A stretch of 64,000 bases of DNA, taken from NCBI GenBank assembly GCA_029975275.1, contig JARKPN010000166.1, positions 40,509 to 104,508 of the forward strand, in the 5' to 3' direction. This DNA comes from Geobacteraceae bacterium. Lineage in GTDB: Bacteria; Desulfobacterota; Desulfuromonadia; Geobacterales; Geobacteraceae. The notes under the pieces are model-generated. The model searched no databases and was not told where the DNA came from. It was given only the letters and a program-made list of their open reading frames with translations. The position numbers were made by a program, and so were the translations under genes. This document shows, piece after piece, positions 47,301 through 55,395 of the stretch (position 1 is its first letter; each line of letters opens with the position of its first letter).

Positions 47301-47767
47301 GACACCCCGGTAACCCGTCCCCTGTCACTGAACGGAGAAGCAAGCCTGGCGCTGTTCAGTGACGTGGTCTTACCGGATCCGCTTTCACCGATTACCATGT
47401 ACCAGGGGAGAACGTAGAGTGGGTTACCGAGTTTCTTCAGATGCGATTTCCTAACCGTTTCTATCGCGGCTCTCCACTTTTCCTGCAGATCCTTCATCTC
47501 GCTTTTTTCTTTTTCCGAGACGGTACGCAGACGGGCAATATCCTGATCGCTTATGTCCCTGACGAAGTTCTGTTCCCTGCGTCGCAACCAGAGCTTTCTT
47601 GCGAATATGAAACCGAAAGCCAACCCTGTCAGCAGCAGAATCAGAAAGAAACCGACCCACCACGGCCAGTTGATGACTACAACAAAACCAAAGATCAACA
47701 GAACGAGGAGGATACACGCTGCGATAAGGAGTGTTATCTTGAGAAATTTTTTTATTCTATCTTTCAT
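44291..47767 (-). CDS. tssM: T6SS membrane complex protein TssM (IcmF)
   Basis: 1158 aa with N-terminal TM helices and a Walker A motif (GESGSGKTTSL). The IcmF-related and C-terminal domains are present. It overlaps tagF by 16 nt and follows tssL by 1 nt. Confidence 0.93.
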   Translation of the reverse strand: MKDRIKKFLKITLLIAACILLVLLIFGFVVVINWPWWVGFFLILLLTGLAFGFIFARKLWLRRREQNFVRDISDQDIARLRTVSEKEKSEMKDLQEKWRAAIETVRKSHLKKLGNPLYVLPWYMVIGESGSGKTTSLNSARLASPFSDRGRVTGVSGTRQCEWWFFEQAVVLDTAGRYAIPINEGRDKDEWQRFLSLLLKYRRMEPLNGLIVTVAADRLLEAGKENLEEYGRTIRQRIDELMRALGIRFPVYVLATKCDLIQGVNRFCENLPDKSLDQPMGIVNQDLSRDVESFVEHAVATIDERLRNLRLQLLHQPADKGADPALLLFPEEFETLKQGLASFMSGAFRKNPYQETPLLRGIFFSSGRQEGNPHSHFSRTLGRTGEVEALPGTNKGLFLHDFFAKVLPGDRNLLAPTRKALEWRMLTGNLGLTAWVILGIALCGLLSFSFVKNVKTIRDVSREFTASQSLRGGMQADLVTMDNFRKEILNVEEKNSNWWFPRFWLNESLKLEGFLKKRYCRMFREGLLTPYDKQLSGTLLTISASTPDELYGQFAVHLVRRINILKARQEEKDLEVLKSMPQPSYISLLGDGSAGTPQTRKAFGSLYLYYLIWRDEPGDLNKETTVLQSWLRQTIAAKIPSMQWLTAWTDTQSGLSSVTLAEFWGGSLQAEGEKSVLPSFTRKGKESIDSLMAELDNAHPEPASISSAKAALLEWYRGAAVSAWQGFAAGFPRGASRLRGVAEWRQVAGRMSTEQGPYFALLNRIALELQPVVTEGSLPPWLQQVYQYQAVKMQGAVRKTGAVVKVTSGGGRFISALRRNIGREADAKILEAQSAAGKSYAEYRGTLSSIAQATASRNLSFQLASQTFAEDPVNGKSPLFSAFSSGARLKTGLAGGETDPVFSQLINGPVEFLWIFLRRESACQLQSMWEEQVLAPTMGMTPQQAMPMLVGPDGLAWRFAKGPAMPFLKGNMYGYGAKEALGGALPLEHALFSFLGQGAKAQATVIAMGKPQNFNVGIKGLPTDANTEARLKPHATRLELQCGNASQTLVNNNYPAGRTFTWSPDTCGDVLFQIEVGDTVLTRHYMGSDGFPDFLRDFRGGRRTFSARDFPGERTALERMGIKHITVNYQFMGSGAIKKQAATMSGQAPRSIARCWAQ

Positions 47768-47768
47768 C

Positions 47769-48449
47769 TCAGTTCGATACCGTCCTTATGAAATGTTCCC
47801 CAATGCCGCTCAGGGTGAATCTGTAGATCCCGTACAGAAGACAGAAAAAAAAGACAGGTCCGACAAGGCAAATCGCGAACACGAGTTTTGAACCGAACCT
47901 GATCCTTTGCCGTTCCCTTTCCGCGGGACCTGTCGGAAAGGCTTCCGGAAAGAGGTCGTTGCGTTCAAGGGAAGGGAGTCCGACCGAACTGCCCAGCAGC
48001 AGCTTCAGGTTTGAGGTCTTGATCTGTTCAAGCTGGTATTCGTCTCCCGGGTGGCAGTAGCGCCCGGTGAATCCGAGAGCGAGGCAAAGGTAAAAGACCT
48101 CCCGCACCTCTCTTTGGTGGAGTCCTATGGAGCTCAGACGATCAAAGAACTCTTCTCCGGCATCGGTGGTGTTGTAAAACTGCCTCTGAAGCTGGTCCTT
48201 CAGCCATATGCTACGCTCTCTCCAGGGTGCATTGAGCAGGGCTTCGTCGATCCACGCGCATACGGCGAAGCGGGCCTGTTCAAAATCCTCCCTCGGGAAG
48301 CCGCCTCGTGCCACTCCCCCCTCGCTTTCCGCGAGGAGCCTGCTTATGTCTGCCTTTACCTGCTCACAGGTCGGATGCTTGCTCTCGACGGTTTGAAGAA
48401 AAAAAGACACATATGCAAAAATGTTGATAAAACAGTCACTTAAATGCAT
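47769..48449 (-). CDS. tssL: T6SS membrane complex protein TssL (DotU family, no OmpA extension)
   Basis: ARFAVCAWIDE, FFDRL, VREVFYLCLALGFTGRY and a C-terminal TM helix are present. A GGAGG RBS lies upstream. Confidence 0.88.
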   Translation of the reverse strand: MHLSDCFINIFAYVSFFLQTVESKHPTCEQVKADISRLLAESEGGVARGGFPREDFEQARFAVCAWIDEALLNAPWRERSIWLKDQLQRQFYNTTDAGEEFFDRLSSIGLHQREVREVFYLCLALGFTGRYCHPGDEYQLEQIKTSNLKLLLGSSVGLPSLERNDLFPEAFPTGPAERERQRIRFGSKLVFAICLVGPVFFFCLLYGIYRFTLSGIGEHFIRTVSN

Positions 48450-48816
48450 TGAACCTCCATTTCCGCATCACCACTAAAAAATCATTCAATGTGAGTGATT
48501 GCAAATAATACAAATCAAATTATGTAAAATCAAGTAAATTAAGATCAAGGGTTGGAAATATTTTAATTTTCACAACCGAGCATTTCTTAAGCTTGCTGGA
48601 TAGTCTGTGAACTAACAATGGAGCACATAGCAGTGTTGTCGTAAAACTTGTAGCGAGGATATGGGGAGGGCGTCGCCTCGACGTAGTTTCCTTCCAGGGC
48701 TTAGATCCAGGCATTGACCAAATAAGACACGGCGCCCAGGCCGGGGCAGGTTATGTCCAGCAATTGAAAATAGAAAGAAACGCCGCAGAACCTTAATAAG
48801 GCTTTGCGGCGTAAAA

Positions 48817-49183
48817 TTACGCGGGTAAGTTGCTGGAGTATATAAATTTTGAAGGAAAGGTAAAGTAATCCTGAAGAAGTTGATAGCCGGAAAACACATG
48901 AGAAAATCCGGGGAGAAGCGCCTCATCCTGACCGAAACCGACCGGCATCAGGCAACCGGGAGGGAGGATCACGGCGGCTCTACCTTTGACCGGCGTGATT
49001 GTCATACGTGTGACATCATTACGGAGGAGAGTATAGAGTTCGGTGTCTAATGCATAATCGCCGGACATTGGGAGAGGGGAAGATCGTTCAGGACAAGTGA
49101 AAGCCTGAGTTCCGGAGCGCCTCTCATCGACCGGCCGAAACAAACATCCCTCAGTTCAAGCGGATGGAGTTCCACGTCGTCAT
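48817..49183 (-). pseudogene. tssF: tssF relic (about 120 codons in two frames; both ends of the gene missing)
   Basis: One frame reads FYDDVELHPLELRDV...GAPELRLSLVLNDLPLSQ. A second frame (ORF 48817-49143) reads GDYALDTELYTLLRND...LMPVGFGQDEALLPGFSHVFSGYQLLQDYFTFPSKFIY. The latter matches the TssF/ImpG signature GF..DEALLP....F.GYRLLQEYFAFPEKF. Confidence 0.7.
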
Positions 49184-49188
49184 AAAAC

Positions 49189-50577
49189 TTATCTACCCAC
49201 CACCATCAGTTCCACGTCGGTTCCCTCGGGAGCGTTGTTCCAGTGAAGCGCAAGCGAACGGTTCCTTTCCACCGAATGCCACTGTTCATCGTGATGGTTA
49301 ATGGTGAAATAGAACGTATTGGCCCGGCGGGGAAGCTCCTGGGGCGGGACCTGAAGGTACTCCAGCGCGATGCCCGGAAGCGCCTGGGTGACCAGCATGT
49401 GCAGCTGCTCCCCTGAGCTCAGTTTGGCGATGTCCTCTATGGTCGGCACCACGGCCTTTGGATCCGCGTCGGTCTTTATTGCCAGATAGTAGCGGTTGCG
49501 TCCCTCGAAGACGGCTGGCTTAAGCTCAGCGGCGAAGAAAGTTCCGTCATGCGCCAGGCGAATCACGTATTCCGGACCGGCTGTAATTTCGTCGAGGAGA
49601 TGCGAGATCATGTCCTGAAGTGCCGAAAAGCACCCCCACAAGTCACGGTGGTCGTAATCCGGAATGCTGGTTTGGCCGTCCTTCAGTTCCCCCAAGACGC
49701 TAACTTCTTCGGAAAATGTAGTGAGCTCGCCCACAAGCTGTTTTAGCGCCCCATAGAGAAACCAGGGGTGGACGTGTTCCGTCTTCGTGAAATGTACAAG
49801 AAGCGGGACATAGCGATTGATGGACCTGAGCGCCAGGAAATAGACCATGTCCCTTGAGCCGAATTCCGCCGTCTGGACTCCTCGCTTGCTCTTATGCTCT
49901 TCAAGCTGGTATGCCCTTGCGGTAACCTGTTCCCTTATCTCTTCAGCCAGCTTCCGAAGGGGCACCGAAGCGTTGCAGGCAATTGAAGGGGGGATGTAGT
50001 CTTCTGAAAGCCTGGTTTCCGTACCGAACTTTTCCAACCGGGCCAGAGGTATGAGCTGGTAGTCTCCCAGCTTGTGCATTTCCGTTTCCCAGAAGATCTT
50101 CAGCACGAAGTAAAGCCTTCTCACCTGTCCTCCCGGCCCCCCGGCGTGAAGGTCGCCGAACTCATCGGAATCGTTCGTTGCCACGAAACGCGTGTGTACC
50201 GATTCAAAACCTTCCAACGCCTGAAGAACGGTGACGTTTTCCCCCTCATCCGTCCAGTTCTTGAGGCCGAGATATACGGTTAGCGGCTTTCCGTCCTTCA
50301 CCCAGGCTTCGTCGAAGACGCGGGCCTCCACCAGGGCATTGCCCGGAAGAGACACATGGGTCCCGTCGGGAAACAGGAAATCTCCGTTCTTGAGATTGAA
50401 TGAACCCGTAGGCAGTGCCCCCTCAAGAATCTCCATCTCTCCCACCCCCCAGAAGTCCTGCATCAGGTAACGCTGATAGGGGGAGAACAGTCCCTGAACC
50501 GTTCGATCCAGGAGCTGGAAATGCTGGGGTTGAAGATAGATGCCCTGGTGCCAGAAAAGCGGTCGCTGAATGTTCAT
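49189..50577 (-). CDS. tssK: T6SS baseplate subunit TssK
   Basis: MNIQRPLFWHQGIYLQPQHFQLLDR is the canonical TssK N-terminus. The protein is 462 aa. Confidence 0.93.
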   Translation of the reverse strand: MNIQRPLFWHQGIYLQPQHFQLLDRTVQGLFSPYQRYLMQDFWGVGEMEILEGALPTGSFNLKNGDFLFPDGTHVSLPGNALVEARVFDEAWVKDGKPLTVYLGLKNWTDEGENVTVLQALEGFESVHTRFVATNDSDEFGDLHAGGPGGQVRRLYFVLKIFWETEMHKLGDYQLIPLARLEKFGTETRLSEDYIPPSIACNASVPLRKLAEEIREQVTARAYQLEEHKSKRGVQTAEFGSRDMVYFLALRSINRYVPLLVHFTKTEHVHPWFLYGALKQLVGELTTFSEEVSVLGELKDGQTSIPDYDHRDLWGCFSALQDMISHLLDEITAGPEYVIRLAHDGTFFAAELKPAVFEGRNRYYLAIKTDADPKAVVPTIEDIAKLSSGEQLHMLVTQALPGIALEYLQVPPQELPRRANTFYFTINHHDEQWHSVERNRSLALHWNNAPEGTDVELMVVGR

Positions 50578-51098
50578 TATCTTTCCTTTATCTCCTGAAT
50601 GCTCTCAGGTCCCATGTGAAGATTGATGTTCAGTTTTTGGGGGTTGTTTAGAAGGGAGACCGGGATCTCGTAAGTGCGTACGCAGTTCACCTTATGCAGA
50701 GCATAATAACCCGCGACCAATCCCACGTATTTGGCGCCCTCGGTCCGATCCAGTGCCCCCTTAATCTCCTGTTTCGGTTGGACCACCAGTCTCTTTGCAT
50801 AGGTAACGCCGCCGTCGAAGCGGTTGCACTCCAGGAGCTTCGACAGTCCTCCGTTTTCATCGCTCAACTGTTTGAAACCGTTCAGGTCCTTCAGGTGATA
50901 GACGCAGACGATGAGTGAGTGGGGTTTTCCCTGGTAGAGGTTAAGAAGTGGGTCTCCCTGGAAGCGGAGGGTTATGGCGTCCTTTTCGTGCGTCCATTCC
51001 GGCGGAGAGACGATGGCGGACTTTCCAAAACATGAGCAAAGAAGAAATGGAAGAAGAACGCAGGGAATAGCGAAAGACAGTCTGGTCATTTTGTTCAC
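50577..51098 (-). CDS. tssJ: T6SS outer-membrane lipoprotein TssJ
   Basis: The lipobox is LPFLLCSC. The TssJ-like beta-sandwich pattern is LRFQGDPLLN...HSLIVCVYHLKD...YVGLVAGYY. Its stop overlaps the tssK ATG (TAATG). Confidence 0.85.
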   Translation of the reverse strand: MNKMTRLSFAIPCVLLPFLLCSCFGKSAIVSPPEWTHEKDAITLRFQGDPLLNLYQGKPHSLIVCVYHLKDLNGFKQLSDENGGLSKLLECNRFDGGVTYAKRLVVQPKQEIKGALDRTEGAKYVGLVAGYYALHKVNCVRTYEIPVSLLNNPQKLNINLHMGPESIQEIKER

Positions 51099-51395
51099 CC
51101 CATGGCTGTTTTTTTAGGAAACCGTGTGAATCGGTGCTGGAGCGTGCGGAATATGTAACGGCGGGCCATAATAGTTTAATGAAATAAATAAAGTAGTATA
51201 ATAAAAAATTAATAAATCGATATCATTTATCCAAAGAAGTGTCAATTAATTTTATTAAAAATTAATGTGTATGCTACAAAAATGTCCCCCGGGAATAATC
51301 GTCAAAACCGTCACTTATCCTTTGACAGCAGAGGGACAAGTTGATAACTTACCTGAGTTCGATGATGTTTATTTGAATTTGCGATAGGTGTGTTC

Positions 51396-52304
51396 ATGAA
51401 CCTGAAGCAGCTTGAGGTCTTTATAGCCGTGGCTGAAAGCAGCAGCTTCTCACGCGCCGCCGAGATGACTTTTCTGACCCAATCGACGGTCAGCCAGCAT
51501 ATCTCTTCCCTGGAAACCGAGTTCGGTCTCAAGCTGTTCGACAGGACCGGCAAGGGGGCGCTCCTTACCGAGGCTGGAAAAATCCTTCTCCTGCATGCGC
51601 GACACCTGACCCTTGAAGCGCGTGAAATCCCGCTGATCCTTAACCGGTTCAAAGGCCTTGAAGATGCCGTTCTGAAGATCTGCGGCAGCAATATTCCGGC
51701 CACCTACATGCTCCCGGACTTCATACCGGTATTCCACCGGCTGCATCCGGGGGTTACCATTACGCTGCTTCAGGGGGACAGCCGCGAGACGCTGGAAAGA
51801 CTGCAACGCGAGGAGGTCGAACTGGCGGTGCTGGGAAGCCGGTTCGATGATCCGGGGATTGACTATGCACCCCTGATAATCGACACCGTTTCACTGGTCG
51901 TGAACGCGGACCACCGCTGGAGCGCGAAAGCGAAGGTCTCGGTCGAGGATCTCGTTGTAGAAACCTTCATATTCCGGGAACCCGGATCAGGAACCGACAG
52001 GACCGTGCGGGCCGCGATGGCCGGTGCCGGATTCGACACCGGGCGGCTGAACATCAAGACGTATCTCGGCAGCAACGAAGCGGTCAAGCAGGCTATTCTG
52101 AGCGGCGCCGGGGTGTCGTTCCTCTCCGAGATGTCGGTGAAAAGGGAATGCGAGATGGGCCGCCTGTCGCTGGTAAAGGTCGAGGGGCTCGAAATCTTGA
52201 GGACTATTTACCTGGCCAATAGACTCGGCAGGGAGATGTCGCCGCCGGCCGAGGCATTCGCTTCACTTGTCAAATTGATGTATCGGTCAAATGCCACGGA
52301 ATAG
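51396..52304 (+). CDS. LysR-family transcriptional regulator, divergent from the T6SS operon
   Basis: MNLKQLEVFIAVAESSSFSRAAEMTFLTQSTVSQHISSLE is the LysR HTH, followed by a LysR substrate-binding domain. Confidence 0.9.
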   Translation: MNLKQLEVFIAVAESSSFSRAAEMTFLTQSTVSQHISSLETEFGLKLFDRTGKGALLTEAGKILLLHARHLTLEAREIPLILNRFKGLEDAVLKICGSNIPATYMLPDFIPVFHRLHPGVTITLLQGDSRETLERLQREEVELAVLGSRFDDPGIDYAPLIIDTVSLVVNADHRWSAKAKVSVEDLVVETFIFREPGSGTDRTVRAAMAGAGFDTGRLNIKTYLGSNEAVKQAILSGAGVSFLSEMSVKRECEMGRLSLVKVEGLEILRTIYLANRLGREMSPPAEAFASLVKLMYRSNATE

Positions 52305-52400
52305 AGCTTCTTTTCCCCAGCATCGCCGCGCTGCTTCCATTGTCCTGACAACCGTTCAGCCCGCCTGATGTAAGAAAAATCACTTCAGCCTGGAGGATTA

Positions 52401-53402
52401 ATGCGGAAAATAGACCTGCGGGGCGTCTCGTGTCCTACAACCTTTCTGAAAGCGAAACTGGCACTGGAGATGATCGATGCCGGTGAAACGGTGGAGATTC
52501 TCATGGATGCCGGAGAACCGTCCGTGAACCTGCCTCGCAATTTGAAGCTGGAAGGGCACAGGGTGCTTGGGGTTGAGGAAAAGACGGGGTCTTTCGTCCT
52601 CACCCTGGAAGTGGTTTCTTCGGAGGTGAGGTCACTGGAGCCGGTACGGGTATACCCGTCGGTCAAGTTGACGAAAAACGGCCTCGAGCCTGCTACCGAC
52701 CCGGTGATGGTCGAGGAGACCATGGAGCTGATCATCAACGACACCAGGCTTTCCACCATCGTAACGACCCCGGAGCATCATAGAGAGCTGGCTGTGGGCT
52801 ACATGGTAACCGAGGGGGCAATCAAAGGCCGGAACGATATTGAGGAGATCAGCGAGAAAGAGGGGAGAATCTTCCTGAAGATCAAATCGTTCGATCAGTT
52901 CAACATCTGGCACGAGCTGAGGTCTTCGGGATGCGTCGGGATAAACTGGGACAAGAGGGACGAGGACACAAGTCTCCCAATCAAACGGAAATTTGGGGTC
53001 AATGTCCTGCTGGCAAGCGTCAGGCACCTGTATGACGAGACCCAGGAGCGGACCGGTGGAGCCCACTCCGCCAGCCTGGTGCATGCCGACGGCACCTTGA
53101 TGTACAAAGCGCTGGACATCGGCAGGCACAACGCCATCGACAAGGTGGTGGGGATGGCGGTCCTGAACGGTGACGACCTGTCCGACATGTTCCTGGTTTC
53201 CTCGGGGAGGCAGCCGGCGGGCATGGTCATGAAGGCCGTCAGGGCCGGGATACCGCTGATCGTTTCCAAGTCGGCGCCTGTCAGCTCGGGCATCGACAGT
53301 GCCCTCCGGGCCAACCTCACGCTCTGCTGTTACGCCACCACCCAAAAGCTCAAAGTGTTCTCCGCATCCGAACGGATTGCGGTTACCGGCGCGCTGTCAT
53401 AA
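52401..53402 (+). CDS. fdhD: TusA-like domain fused to the formate dehydrogenase accessory sulfurtransferase FdhD
   Basis: The N-terminal ~75 aa (IDLRGVSCPTTFLKAKLALEMIDAGETVEILMD) is TusA/SirA-like with a CP-x-x motif. The remainder has FdhD motifs (ELAVGYMVTEG, SSGCVG, GGAHSASL, DIGRHNAIDKV). Confidence 0.8.
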   Translation: MRKIDLRGVSCPTTFLKAKLALEMIDAGETVEILMDAGEPSVNLPRNLKLEGHRVLGVEEKTGSFVLTLEVVSSEVRSLEPVRVYPSVKLTKNGLEPATDPVMVEETMELIINDTRLSTIVTTPEHHRELAVGYMVTEGAIKGRNDIEEISEKEGRIFLKIKSFDQFNIWHELRSSGCVGINWDKRDEDTSLPIKRKFGVNVLLASVRHLYDETQERTGGAHSASLVHADGTLMYKALDIGRHNAIDKVVGMAVLNGDDLSDMFLVSSGRQPAGMVMKAVRAGIPLIVSKSAPVSSGIDSALRANLTLCCYATTQKLKVFSASERIAVTGALS

Positions 53403-53964
53403 TTCTCAGCCGGCCCGGAATATCCCATTTCTTCATGAGATCCGCGACCGAAGGGGGCACGAAATCTTCCCACGGATCGTTTTGCGTCATCCGGCGGCGG
53501 ATATCGCTGGCGCTCAACCCCTTCTGATCTACGGCTACCTCCCTGAGAACGTGGGTCTTAAGGCCGAGCGAACTGAAATACTCCAGCTTCCGCTTCCCCC
53601 AGTCGTCGTAGATGGACAGGAAAAACAGCGCATCGAGAGGAACATAGTACCTGTACAGCTCGGGCATGCTGATGGGAAAGGGGACCACTGAGAAACGCGA
53701 GGATTCGATGCCGGACTCTTCCAGGACGGTCCGTGCCATTACGTAACGTTCAAAATAGCTGAGCGGGTTTGCCGACGGGCTGCTCCGCTTCGGGTCCGCC
53801 GATTCGTCCCTTGTCAGGAGCGGATCGGGATTGGTTATACCCACGACCAGGTGCCGGCAGAGCGCCATCCCTGTCATCAGGTATGTCAGGTGGTCGTTGT
53901 GCAGGACCTGGAAGCGGCCGTGAATGACACCTGTTTCGGCATATGGTGCCGGTTCAATGGTCAT
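53383..53964 (-). CDS. Cytidylyltransferase-like (NMN/NaMN adenylyltransferase-like) nucleotidyltransferase
   Basis: GVIHGRFQVLHNDHLTYL is an H-x-G-H-type motif variant. The protein is 193 aa and its 3' end overlaps the fdhD 3' end by 20 nt. Confidence 0.6.
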   Translation of the reverse strand: MTIEPAPYAETGVIHGRFQVLHNDHLTYLMTGMALCRHLVVGITNPDPLLTRDESADPKRSSPSANPLSYFERYVMARTVLEESGIESSRFSVVPFPISMPELYRYYVPLDALFFLSIYDDWGKRKLEYFSSLGLKTHVLREVAVDQKGLSASDIRRRMTQNDPWEDFVPPSVADLMKKWDIPGRLRIMTARR

Positions 53965-54048
53965 GTGATACCCCTTGTTTCCCTTTTCCGGGCCTGCTCC
54001 GCCGAAGCAGCCGAAGGCCTGGCGCCATGCCGATTGTCATGTCTGCTC

Positions 54049-55350
54049 TCACTCGACCTTCAGCGCCGTATATCTCCCCGGTGAGAACGGCTGGTCATCG
54101 GGCGAGTCCATGAGTCCCCAGAGCTTCCCCCGGTCAAGGAAATTCAGCACCAGATACATGAGCTCCGCTCCCCTGACCAGGCTGAGCCCGCCGCGTGCGC
54201 AGCTTATCTCGTCGAATCCCGTCACATCATCCCGCCTGACGTACTTTCCGGTCATTACCAGCGGCACGCTCTCGCCTGTATGGATCATGCTGCCCGAAGC
54301 GGCCGTGGAATGGTCGGCGGTGACGATAAAGAGGACATCGTCGTCGGGCACGATCTCCTGGACGGCGTAGGCAAGCGCCGAATCAACCGACTCTATGACC
54401 TGTTTCTTGAACAGGGGATCCCGGGTGTGACCGGCTTCGTCCACGGCCTTTGTGTGAACATGAACGAAATCGTACTCCTTTGCCTGGCAGGCAATCCTGA
54501 GCCTTTCCCGCAGGTCGCCGCCTGGGTCGTCAGTGTCCACGACCTCGCGGATTTCCATCCCCAGCATCCGGCCGAGCCCGCGATACACGGAGCCCGAGGC
54601 AACCAGCAACGCCTTGAGGCCCCACTTGTCCTGAAACGAGGGGAGCCTTGCCATCGCCCCGGCCCGCTGGGTGCCCACCGCATTGATGGGAGGCAGCCCC
54701 CTTTTCATCCGTTCCTGGTTGACGGGATGCTGCGAAAGGACCTGGTGGCTCCAGCGCAGGTAGTCATTGAGAAACCTGGCCGTGCCCGGGGCACGGGAAT
54801 CGTTCCGCATGGAACGCAACGGGAGGACCTCCATCAGGGGCCGACCCTCAATGATCGGATTGGAGTCGGTCACGGCCTTCGACACCGCCCCCCTGAGGCG
54901 GAGTATGCCTCCTATGCCCTTTGTGGGAAGAAATTCGGCCTCGATACCGTCGCGGCTGAAGTTCCGAATGGTCTCATGCAGGACCCGGCAGCTTTCCCGG
55001 TCAAGCACCGGGTTCTCATGGCGGAGCACCAGGATGTCCCTTTCTCTTGATGCGGAATAGATGCGGGCAAGGAGGGCCACGTCTTCCTCACGCACGTCGA
55101 GCCCTTCTCCAATCGCTTCCAGGGCGCCCCGACCCGGGAATTCATCCATGCGGTAGCCGAACATGAGGAAGTGGGCCAGTTCGCTCGGCAGGGCGGATCC
55201 CTGGAGATGGGCGTGGAACAGCCCGTTCATGCCGGTTGACGCAATCCTGTCGAGATTGGGGGTGTGGGCGGCCTGGAGGGGGGTCTTTCCGTTGAGGACC
55301 GGGTGACTCCGGTCGCCGAGACCGTCGAGAAGAAGAAGGATGCAGCGCAT
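54049..55350 (-). CDS. Cofactor-independent phosphoglycerate mutase-like protein (archaeal ApgM / alkaline phosphatase superfamily)
   Basis: MRCILLLLDGLGDR...TPNLDRIA...DEAGH...TADHSTA are the metal-binding motifs of the iPGM/ApgM family. Confidence 0.75.
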   Translation of the reverse strand: MRCILLLLDGLGDRSHPVLNGKTPLQAAHTPNLDRIASTGMNGLFHAHLQGSALPSELAHFLMFGYRMDEFPGRGALEAIGEGLDVREEDVALLARIYSASRERDILVLRHENPVLDRESCRVLHETIRNFSRDGIEAEFLPTKGIGGILRLRGAVSKAVTDSNPIIEGRPLMEVLPLRSMRNDSRAPGTARFLNDYLRWSHQVLSQHPVNQERMKRGLPPINAVGTQRAGAMARLPSFQDKWGLKALLVASGSVYRGLGRMLGMEIREVVDTDDPGGDLRERLRIACQAKEYDFVHVHTKAVDEAGHTRDPLFKKQVIESVDSALAYAVQEIVPDDDVLFIVTADHSTAASGSMIHTGESVPLVMTGKYVRRDDVTGFDEISCARGGLSLVRGAELMYLVLNFLDRGKLWGLMDSPDDQPFSPGRYTALKVE

Positions 55351-55395
55351 GCAGGGATCCCCTGGAGTAGAGTTTTGGTTTTTGTAGAGTATATC

